A DNA stretch of 32,000 bases, taken from positions 2,247-34,246 of the forward strand of contig DATNQP010000442.1 in the NCBI GenBank assembly GCA_036703965.1. Reading direction: 5' to 3'. Positions 24,647 through 32,000 of the stretch are shown here, piece after piece. Within the stretch, counting starts at the first letter, position 1. Each line of letters begins with the position of its first letter. Below the pieces are notes generated by a model. It had not been told where the DNA came from and did no database searches. It saw nothing but the letters and a program-made list of their open reading frames with translations. The DNA is from Leptolyngbyaceae cyanobacterium. GTDB lineage: Bacteria > Cyanobacteriota > Cyanobacteriia > Cyanobacteriales > Coleofasciculaceae. Made by a program: the position numbers and the translations under genes.

Positions 24647-25966
24647 ATGGGCATGAGTGAGCGAGACCTCGATCATATTTTTGAGCGTTTGCGATCGGGG
24701 GTAGTCCCCGAACGGGGTTTGGAAACATTTGCTGTTGGAATTGAGAAACAACGAGCAGAAATTCACCGACAACTCAAACTCGCTACTAATGGAGAAGGGG
24801 TATTTAAGTTCCTCCGGGGCGGTTACGGCTGCGGTAAAACCTTCATGTGCCGACTTGCGCTCAGTGATGCCCAAGCTCAAGGATTTGCTACCAGCTTTGT
24901 CGTCGTTTCCGAGAATGACCTCTACTTCCACAAGTTTGATGATGTTTACCGCAAAGTTGTGCAAGAACTTGCCACCAGTTCCTGTCCCAGAGGCGCTCTA
25001 GCAGATATTCTCGACCGTTGGATTGCCAAAGTTGAAGATGCCCTAATTGCCGCAGGCGCTGATGAAGACAGTGCTGAGTTTGATGACAAAGTGGCAAAGC
25101 GCATGGAAGAAGAACTCGCCTCTTTGACTGGAGGAAAAGCGCCTGAAGATATGGCTCGCGTTCTTCGTACTATTTTTGACCTCAAGCAAAAAGGTCAATT
25201 TGCAGAAGCCAGCGCTCTACTCTCCTGGCTCTCCGGCAGTGAAAATGTCGCCGCCAGCGCTAAGAAAGTCGCCGGAATTAAAGGGGATATCGGCAGCCGC
25301 GAAGCTCTAGACTATCTCCAAGGCATTGTCGAAATCATCAAAGCGGCTGGCTATGAAGGCTTAGTGATTGTGATCGATGAAGTCGAGACAATCCTGCGAA
25401 TGCGCCGAGATATCCGCGAGAAATCCCTCAACGGGATTCGCCAAATCTGCGATGCTGCCGATCGCTACAAGGGACTGCTCTGGATTTTCACGGGAACCCC
25501 AGACTTTTTCGACACTAAGCGCGGTGTTGCCGGACTACAGCCTCTGCACGATCGCATCCAGTTCTTAACACACGGCGGTTTCGCTAACCCGCGCCAATCG
25601 CAGCTAGAACTCAAACCATTTGATGCCCCACGTCTCAAAGAAGTTGCGCTCAAGTTATTGGACAGATATCCTACCACTGACCCAGTTCGGCTAGCGAGTA
25701 AACTCAGTTCAAAATTTATCGAGCGACTGATTGCTAAAGTCACGGCAGGTTTTAAGGGTGATGTAGGCGTCGTGCCACGGCAGTTCCTACGCCATTTTGT
25801 TGATGTCCTCGATCTGGCTGACGAAAACGATGATTTCGATCCGATGAAAGCTGAGGGGTTTGAGCCAGACAAGCTCACTGAAGACGAGCGGCGCATTTGG
25901 GAAGGTCGCGAACCCTTCGATCCAGAACCCGAAGATATTAAAGGTTACGAAGCCGTCGTATTCTAA
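24647..25966 (+). CDS. brxD: BREX ATPase BrxD
   Basis: 439 aa. Walker A GGYGCGKTF and Walker B LVIVIDEVE. It sits between pglZ and the Lhr-like helicase, as in BREX types 2 and 6. Confidence 0.8.
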   Translation: MGMSERDLDHIFERLRSGVVPERGLETFAVGIEKQRAEIHRQLKLATNGEGVFKFLRGGYGCGKTFMCRLALSDAQAQGFATSFVVVSENDLYFHKFDDVYRKVVQELATSSCPRGALADILDRWIAKVEDALIAAGADEDSAEFDDKVAKRMEEELASLTGGKAPEDMARVLRTIFDLKQKGQFAEASALLSWLSGSENVAASAKKVAGIKGDIGSREALDYLQGIVEIIKAAGYEGLVIVIDEVETILRMRRDIREKSLNGIRQICDAADRYKGLLWIFTGTPDFFDTKRGVAGLQPLHDRIQFLTHGGFANPRQSQLELKPFDAPRLKEVALKLLDRYPTTDPVRLASKLSSKFIERLIAKVTAGFKGDVGVVPRQFLRHFVDVLDLADENDDFDPMKAEGFEPDKLTEDERRIWEGREPFDPEPEDIKGYEAVVF

Positions 25967-25968
25967 CC

Positions 25969-28077
25969 ATGACATCTGCCTTTGCTCGGTTCCCCCCGCG
26001 CCTCCAGGAAGCGATCGTCTCCCGCTTGGGATGGTCGTCACTACGTCTTGTTCAAGAGTTTGCAAGCCATGCGCTGTTAGATGGGAAGAATGCGGTCATT
26101 TTAGCCCCTACTGCTGGAGGGAAAACGGAGGCAGCAATCTTTCCCCTGCTAGCAAGGTTAATGGAGAAGGAACCAGAGGGAGTCGGACTCATCTACATCG
26201 CTCCAATTAAGGCACTGTTGAACAACCAGGCAGAACGCTTGGCTACCTACACGGAAATGGTAGGACTCAGGCGTTTTGTATGGCATGGAGACATTAAAGA
26301 CTCCCAGAAGCGTTCTTTTATCAAAGAACCCGCTCAGGTTTTAATGACTACGCCGGAGTCGCTGGAGGTGATGCTGCTCTCTCCAAAAGTCCCCCACACC
26401 GAACTTTTTGGAGACGTTCGCGCCCTAATTATTGATGAAATTCACGCACTGGCTGGCACAGACCGAGGCGCACACCTGATGTCTGTTTTTGAACGACTGA
26501 TTCGTTATACCAAGAATGACATTCAGCGCATCGGACTGAGTGCCACGGTTGGGAACCCCATCGATATTCTCCGCTGGCTTCAGGGAACCTCACGGCGCGA
26601 TGGGTGTGTGGTAGACCCGCCAAAAGTTCCTTCAAAAAAAGACTTGCGAATTTACCTGCGGGACACTGTGGGTGCGATCGCTGGTGATGCGAGCAAGATG
26701 GCGTTTGGTCGAAAAAGTCTGTTCTTCTGCCAAAGCCGTTCGCTGACCGAAAGTATCGCCGAGCGTATTCGCGATCGCGGAACGGACGTATTTGTACATC
26801 ACAGTTCCGTATCCTTTGAAGAACGCGCTGCGGCAGAGGAGCGCTTTCACAGAGGCACCAATGTCAGCATTATCTGCACTTCCACGCTAGAACTGGGAAT
26901 TGATGTCGGCGACCTCGACCTTGTATTTCAGGCTAATGCGCCTTCTACTGTCTCATCATTTCTACAGCGCTTGGGTCGAACGGGTCGCCGCGAAGGTCAG
27001 CAGGCTAACACTACATTCTTCTGCGAGAACCTTGAAGTTGTACTGCAAGCGATCGCGATTATCGAGCTAGCCAGAAAAGGTTGGGTAGAATCAGTTCCCC
27101 CTCAAAATCGAGTGTGGTCAGTACTCGTACACCAGCTTTTTGCGCTCACACTACAGTTCGGTGCAATTAGCCCGGAGCGCTGCTGGGAGCAATTATCCGT
27201 TGTCCCTGATTTTTCAGGTATCAACTCGACTGAATTTGAGAGACTGCTCGAACACCTGATTGCAGAGAACTTCCTCTTCATCTCAGGGGGTCTGTTATCA
27301 ATGGGAGAAAAGGCTGAAAAAATTTTCGGTCGCAAGAATTTCATGGAACTCTACGCCGTCTTCAGCAGCCCACTACTCTACAAGGTCATGACTGAAGCTG
27401 GCTACGTCGTCGGCTCTTTAGAGCAGACGTTTGTGGATAAACTCGTAACAGAAATGAGTTCCTTCCTCCTTGGCGGTAGAGCTTGGACGGTCATTCACAT
27501 CAATTACAAAGAGCGCATCGTCCGTGTTGTTCCAGCACCGGGAGGTAAGAAGCCAACCTGGGGTGGCTTTGCCCCACAGCTATTGAGCTTCGAGATTTGT
27601 CAGCAAATTGCCAATATCCTTAAATCTGACAATCCCATCCCTTATATCGACACAACGGCACAAACAGCTCTTGACGAATACAGAACAGACCTCGGTTCAT
27701 TACTCAGCCGTTCCGATCGCAGTATTAAAATAGAGCCTGACCGCGCACTGTGGTGGACGTTTGCAGGTGGACAAATTAATCACACCCTCAAGTACGGAAT
27801 TCAGTTCCAGGAAGATTGGAAAATCGTTTGTGATAACTTCGGACTAAAAATAGAGGGAAGCAAACTCAACCCGAAATCTCTGTATGCAGCGATCGCGAAA
27901 ATGAGTACTGATGACTTCTGGAGCGATTCGTCGTCAAAGCACTTCATTAGGGCACAACTACCAGAGTATCGGCTTTCCAAGTTCCAGATAGCGCTGCCAG
28001 ACGACTATTGTTCGGAGATGATTAGCGACTACCTACTAGACATTCCAGGGGCAGTCCGATTTTTACAGAGAGCCTAA
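25969..28077 (+). CDS. brxHI: BREX Lhr-like DEAH helicase BrxHI
   Basis: 702 aa. Helicase motifs I (APTAGGKTEAA), II (LIIDEIH), III (SAT) and VI (QRLGRTGRR). The start is 2 nt after the brxD stop. Confidence 0.85.
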   Translation: MTSAFARFPPRLQEAIVSRLGWSSLRLVQEFASHALLDGKNAVILAPTAGGKTEAAIFPLLARLMEKEPEGVGLIYIAPIKALLNNQAERLATYTEMVGLRRFVWHGDIKDSQKRSFIKEPAQVLMTTPESLEVMLLSPKVPHTELFGDVRALIIDEIHALAGTDRGAHLMSVFERLIRYTKNDIQRIGLSATVGNPIDILRWLQGTSRRDGCVVDPPKVPSKKDLRIYLRDTVGAIAGDASKMAFGRKSLFFCQSRSLTESIAERIRDRGTDVFVHHSSVSFEERAAAEERFHRGTNVSIICTSTLELGIDVGDLDLVFQANAPSTVSSFLQRLGRTGRREGQQANTTFFCENLEVVLQAIAIIELARKGWVESVPPQNRVWSVLVHQLFALTLQFGAISPERCWEQLSVVPDFSGINSTEFERLLEHLIAENFLFISGGLLSMGEKAEKIFGRKNFMELYAVFSSPLLYKVMTEAGYVVGSLEQTFVDKLVTEMSSFLLGGRAWTVIHINYKERIVRVVPAPGGKKPTWGGFAPQLLSFEICQQIANILKSDNPIPYIDTTAQTALDEYRTDLGSLLSRSDRSIKIEPDRALWWTFAGGQINHTLKYGIQFQEDWKIVCDNFGLKIEGSKLNPKSLYAAIAKMSTDDFWSDSSSKHFIRAQLPEYRLSKFQIALPDDYCSEMISDYLLDIPGAVRFLQRA

Positions 28078-28164
28078 ATAGTCCTGAAGTTTAATAGTGC
28101 AGCCTTATTAGACACTCTCGCCTGATAGTATGACTAACATTCCATCCAAAACTCCTCTGCTAAC

Positions 28165-28593
28165 ATGGCATACTGGCTGTTTCAAGGCAATCCCAAATAC
28201 TACCGCGTCCTTGATGGCATCCGAGACTTTGAACAGATGCCTTGGTTGGTGACTCGCTACGGAAAAGACATTGCTCCTGGTGATGGTGTTCTGGTGTGGG
28301 TTTCTGGGAAAGAAGCAGGGATTTATGCGATCGCAAAAGTCACAGAACCCGCTCAGGTTATCACCAAGCTACCAGACGGCAAATACTGGGCAGACCCCAA
28401 CCGCACTACAGGGAAACAGCAAGCCATCATTGAATTTACCAGCAAACTTCTAGACAAGCCCCTGCTGAAAACAGATTTAGTCAAAGACCCTATTCTCAAC
28501 AACTTGCTAGTCATTCGCGCTCCCAATAGCACCAACTTCAAAATCACAGCAGAACAGTGGAAACGGGTACAGGAGTTATTAGATGTTGAATAG
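28165..28593 (+). CDS. Stand-alone EVE (PUA-like) domain protein
   Basis: 142 aa. The N-terminal segment reads YWLFQGNPKYY...W...GDGVLVWVSGKEAGIYAIAKVTEPA, which is the typical EVE signature. It is on the same strand, 87 nt after brxHI. Confidence 0.75.
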   Translation: MAYWLFQGNPKYYRVLDGIRDFEQMPWLVTRYGKDIAPGDGVLVWVSGKEAGIYAIAKVTEPAQVITKLPDGKYWADPNRTTGKQQAIIEFTSKLLDKPLLKTDLVKDPILNNLLVIRAPNSTNFKITAEQWKRVQELLDVE

Positions 28594-28753
28594 GCTGAGG
28601 TTGTGCGATCGCATAAATGGAAGGGAGCGATCGCACTTAACCAAGTGCCATTCGGTGTTAGACCGATATGTGCGGTTTAGTTAATAGTTATGCTGCCTCA
28701 CCTTATGGGTAGGGACGCGATCGCTTCCCCTTTTGAGACGCTTGCAGTTACCT

Positions 28754-31700
28754 TTATTGCTTGTGAGCAACTAACTCAGGATAGACAGGAATGAAAGGCA
28801 GTCTTTCTTTGCTTAATGAAGCGCGAACAGCCAATGTCCTTGCTAAGGGAAATATGTGATCGCGATAAATGTCTATTTCAGGGAGTTGGATCAGCTTTTT
28901 CAAAACTTCTGAAGTACCAATCTTACCCAAAGCCTCTGCCACCTGCCTTCTCACCTCACTGTCTAGGTCGTTGAGGGCAGCGATTAATACCTCCACCGCT
29001 TGAGCATTGCCAATCTTACCCAAAGCCTCTGCCGCCACCTCTCTCACCTCACTGTCTGAGTCGTTGAGGGCAGCAATTAGGGCGTTCACCGCTTGAGCAT
29101 TACCAATCTTACCCAAAGCCTCTGCCGCCTGCCTTCTCACGTTACTTTTGGAGTCGTTGAGAGCATAGATTAAGGCTGCCACTGCTTGAGCATTGCCCAT
29201 CTTACCCAAAGCATTTGCCGCCACCTCTCTCACGAAACTGTCTGAGTCATTGAGGGTAGCGATTAATGCCTCCACTGCTTGAGCATTGCCCATCTCACCC
29301 AAAGCATTTGCCGCTGTCGCTCTCCCGAAACTGTCTGAGTCATTGAGGGTAGCGATTAATGCCTCCACCGCTTGAGCATTGCCCATCTCACCCAAAACCG
29401 ATGCTGCCCGACTTCTCACGAAACTGTCTGAGTCGTTGAGGGTAGCGATTAATGCCTCTACCGCTTGAGCATTGCCAATCTTACCCAAAGCCCATGCTGC
29501 CCGACTTCTCACGTCACTGTCGGAGTCGTTGAGGGCAGCGATTAAGGGTTCCACCGCTTGAGCATTGCCAATCTCACCCAAAACCCATGCCGTCCGCCCT
29601 CTCACGTCACAGTCAAAGTGGTTGAGGGCAGCGATTAGGGCGTCCACCGCTTGAGCATTGCCAATCTTACCCAAAGCCTCTGCCGCCACCTCTCTCACGT
29701 TACAGTCAAAGTGGTTGAGGGCAGCGATTAATGCCTCCACCGCTTGAGCATTGTCCATCTCACCCAAAACCCATACTGCCGTACTTCTCACGTCACAGTC
29801 AAAGTGGTTGAGGGCAGCGATTAGGGCGTCCACCGCTTGAGCATTGCCAATCTTACCCAAAGCCTCTGCCGCCTGCCTTCTCACGTTACTTTTGGAGTCG
29901 TTGAGGGCAGCGATTAGGGCGTCCACCGCTTGAGCATTGCCAATCTTACCCAAAGCCCATGCTGCCCGACTTCTCACGTCACTTTTGGAGTGGTTGAGAG
30001 ATTTTTGCAACCTCTGGGACATCAGAGAGTTTACTTGACCGCTCGCTACAACAATTGATTTGATGAAACTAGCACGTAGGTAAGACTGCCAAAACTTGTA
30101 GATTCTGTCGATTATATCTACCATCAACGGGTGATAGTTTTCTTGACATTCTGCAATGCATTGACCTGCTAATAACAACAGCGTCGAGAAGATATCATCC
30201 TTTTGGGCAGTGATGGCTTGGAGCAATGGGACTGGATTTTCCATCAATCCCGCCATTAAACTCAACGTTTCATGCCACTCATATTCCCAGAAATGTTCTC
30301 TTGCTAAAGCAATGCTATCTCTCGCTCTGTTCAAATAAGAAGCTGTAAAATATTCCTGAAACGTCCGGTGCAGAAACAGGTATTGGTCGCTATCGTTATG
30401 TAACGTTTGTAAAATCCCATCCTGTTTAGACAGTTCGGAAATCAGGTGAGAAGCATTCAGATTGTGGAAATCGGTTGAAGCGTTTCCACTGCGTAAGTAT
30501 TCATCAATCGTTTTGCGGAGTTCGCGCAGAGTAAAAATCTCTTTGCCATCACAACTAAATTGATAGGCAAGTTCCTCAAGTAACTCAGTTTTGGCATCTA
30601 TCCAGGCATCATTTAATTCTGGATTGCGATTCTTGCTCCACTTGCCCAGCATATAGCGTACTGCTTGCTCATACACCTGGCAGCGTCGGGCTGGTAGCGT
30701 TAATCCTTGTTCTTGATACAAGCTGCAAATCAACGACAACAGCAAAGGATTCTGCGCTAATCCGCGAATCTGGGGTTTATTCCGCAATTCTCGAATTAAG
30801 GACGAAGCGGAAACGGTATCATTATTCAGACATTCCGCCGCATTTCTAAACCAAGTTTCAATATACTGCTCTGTCTGCTTCTGACTGAAGGGAACAATTT
30901 CCACTTCTTTCACCCCCTGCACAAATGCCCCACTATAGCCAACAATCCGCGAGGTGCAGATGATGGGGCAGGGAGGTTTTCGTTGGGCAAATCGGTTCAG
31001 CTTCTCAAACAAACGCTGCCGTTGCCGATGTTCTGTGGGTACTTCATCAAGCGCATCCAACAGCAGGAGACACTTACCAACTTTTAACTTCTCCCGCAAC
31101 AGTTCCATCACTTGGGTTGCCGTTTCTGAATAGTCCCGTTGAATCAGCACTGGAATAGCATCGATGATTTCTTCGGGTGTTTCGGCTAAATCCGATAGTC
31201 GCAGAAATAGCGGAAAAACCACGTCTTCGAGTTTTTTAGTGTTATTTTTCAAACTCTGCCGTTCTTCTTGGGCAGTTAAGCAAGCTTCCCTCCTCAACAG
31301 CGTAGATTTTCCCATCCCTGGATCGGCAAGCACCATGATTCGCTGATGCCGTTTCTTTGCCTCTTTCCAATCCACTTGGCTTGGCTGGGATTCCTCCAAT
31401 CCCTTGAGAGCATAAGCCCGCTTGAGTTCCGCGTCTGATTCCGCATAGCCCCAAGTGGTTTCAACAGCATGAGTATATTTCCTCTCCAGCGTCACCTGGA
31501 TGGGAATGTATTGGTCTTTCAGAATAATCGGTTGCTCTGGGATATGAAGTAGCTTGTCGTACTTGAAGTTGTTTTCAATTTCTTTGAGAAAGCGACAGAC
31601 GGCATTTTTTTGAGCCTGTTCGCTTAAAGACGGGTCAGGGGCAACAAGATTTTGCCTTTGCTGCCATTGAGGAAATTTTTCTTCCCACAACCATTTGAAT

Positions 31701-31951
31701 GCTTGCTCCCAAGGACTCTTACCTTTACGCTGTCGCCCTCGCTTCGATTGGCTGATGGGACATTCATCTTTCGCCAAAACCTGACAGATTTTCTTCAACT
31801 CATCTTGGAGTTTTTGCGGCTTATCCTCTGCCTGTCTACTCCAAGCGATAAATCCTACCAACACAGAATTTTCTTTATTCGCTTTCACCTCATCAAAGCG
31901 ACTGAGGAACACAGTCCGGGTATCGCCCGTGAAATTGTAGTGCGTCGCCAT
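28754..31951 (-). CDS. NACHT-family STAND NTPase with 12 C-terminal PBS-lyase-type HEAT repeats (bacterial NLR-like)
   Basis: Walker A LADPGMGKSTLL and Walker B CLLLLDALDEV, then a helical region, then 12 x 31-aa units with consensus D..VR..AA.ALGKIGNAQAV.ALIAALN. The frame stays open upstream of the ATG at 31951 to the window edge (..NSSANLAEQQRQFLEE-M), so the true N-terminus may lie outside the window. Confidence 0.85.
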   Translation of the reverse strand: MATHYNFTGDTRTVFLSRFDEVKANKENSVLVGFIAWSRQAEDKPQKLQDELKKICQVLAKDECPISQSKRGRQRKGKSPWEQAFKWLWEEKFPQWQQRQNLVAPDPSLSEQAQKNAVCRFLKEIENNFKYDKLLHIPEQPIILKDQYIPIQVTLERKYTHAVETTWGYAESDAELKRAYALKGLEESQPSQVDWKEAKKRHQRIMVLADPGMGKSTLLRREACLTAQEERQSLKNNTKKLEDVVFPLFLRLSDLAETPEEIIDAIPVLIQRDYSETATQVMELLREKLKVGKCLLLLDALDEVPTEHRQRQRLFEKLNRFAQRKPPCPIICTSRIVGYSGAFVQGVKEVEIVPFSQKQTEQYIETWFRNAAECLNNDTVSASSLIRELRNKPQIRGLAQNPLLLSLICSLYQEQGLTLPARRCQVYEQAVRYMLGKWSKNRNPELNDAWIDAKTELLEELAYQFSCDGKEIFTLRELRKTIDEYLRSGNASTDFHNLNASHLISELSKQDGILQTLHNDSDQYLFLHRTFQEYFTASYLNRARDSIALAREHFWEYEWHETLSLMAGLMENPVPLLQAITAQKDDIFSTLLLLAGQCIAECQENYHPLMVDIIDRIYKFWQSYLRASFIKSIVVASGQVNSLMSQRLQKSLNHSKSDVRSRAAWALGKIGNAQAVDALIAALNDSKSNVRRQAAEALGKIGNAQAVDALIAALNHFDCDVRSTAVWVLGEMDNAQAVEALIAALNHFDCNVREVAAEALGKIGNAQAVDALIAALNHFDCDVRGRTAWVLGEIGNAQAVEPLIAALNDSDSDVRSRAAWALGKIGNAQAVEALIATLNDSDSFVRSRAASVLGEMGNAQAVEALIATLNDSDSFGRATAANALGEMGNAQAVEALIATLNDSDSFVREVAANALGKMGNAQAVAALIYALNDSKSNVRRQAAEALGKIGNAQAVNALIAALNDSDSEVREVAAEALGKIGNAQAVEVLIAALNDLDSEVRRQVAEALGKIGTSEVLKKLIQLPEIDIYRDHIFPLARTLAVRASLSKERLPFIPVYPELVAHKQ
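28918..29998. repeat. 93-bp tandem DNA repeat array (about 11.6 units) encoding the HEAT repeats
   Basis: The string TGAGCATTGCCAATCTTACCCAAAGCC recurs with a 93-nt period (for example at 29001 and 29094). Long stretches are identical between units. Confidence 0.9.
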
Positions 31952-32000
31952 TTCTTCTAAGAACTGGCGCTGCTGTTCTGCAAGATTGGCTGAAGAATTC

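Larger units (their letters stand above)
2715..32000. mobile_element. Type V-K CRISPR-associated Tn7-like transposon (CAST), partial: CRISPR-proximal end, guide-RNA module and cargo. tnsB/tnsC/tniQ and the far end are not in the window
   Basis: A terminal TGT at 2715 is followed by reiterated TnsB-type sites, short crRNA, array, tracrRNA and cas12k, all oriented toward that end. I found no inverted copy of the end repeats anywhere up to 32000, so the element presumably continues past the window edge. The extent beyond cas12k is an inference. Confidence 0.6.

Noticed and set aside
24638-26065. Antisense ORFs within brxD (24638-24964, 25465-25896, 25787-26065)
   Set aside because: They are shadow frames opposite a P-loop ATPase gene with clear Walker motifs. 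They are rich in Ser/Arg, as is typical of antisense translation.
28078-28753. Looked for a second transposon end (inverted GACGACA..TGTTAA(C/T) units) in the intergenic gaps around the EVE gene and elsewhere
   Set aside because: I found no inverted copies of the 20-bp end repeats anywhere in the window, so no element boundary can be placed here.

Overview
Cyanobacterial chromosomal DNA, with dense HIP1 GCGATCGC octamers and roughly 50% GC. Positions 1-2707 are host backbone: a partial ATP-grasp gene, mazG, a small membrane protein and tRNA-Val(UAC). One end of a type V-K CRISPR-associated transposon (CAST) starts at 2715, 8 bp past the tRNA. It carries five 20-bp TnsB-type repeats and a delocalized short crRNA. 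The 17-nt guide of that crRNA matches the adjacent tRNA-Val beside a GTA PAM, exactly 60 bp from the transposon terminus. A 4-repeat/3-spacer CRISPR array, a tracrRNA sharing conserved blocks with the ShCAST tracrRNA, and cas12k follow. No tnsB/tnsC/tniQ and no second end are visible, so the remaining >29 kb is best read as CAST cargo, and almost all of it is defence-related. The cargo holds a GmrSD-like DUF262/DUF1524 gene, small HTH and RHH regulators with unknown partners, and a decayed stretch with a trypco2-like remnant. It also holds a complete BREX type 6 operon (brxE-brxA-brxB-brxC-pglX-[insert]-pglZ-brxD-brxHI), a stand-alone EVE-domain gene, and a convergent NACHT NTPase with 12 near-identical HEAT repeats. 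The best candidate for something undescribed is an AT-rich, HIP1-free 376-aa gene (20526-21656). It has a DUF4365/PD-(D/E)xK-like N-terminus and is wedged between pglX and pglZ with translational coupling. Secondary leads are the EVE gene trailing BREX, two near-palindromic CRISPR spacers, and an RHH-HTH regulator with a reiterated operator. All calls rest on reading the sequence and recalled family signatures; no database search was possible.
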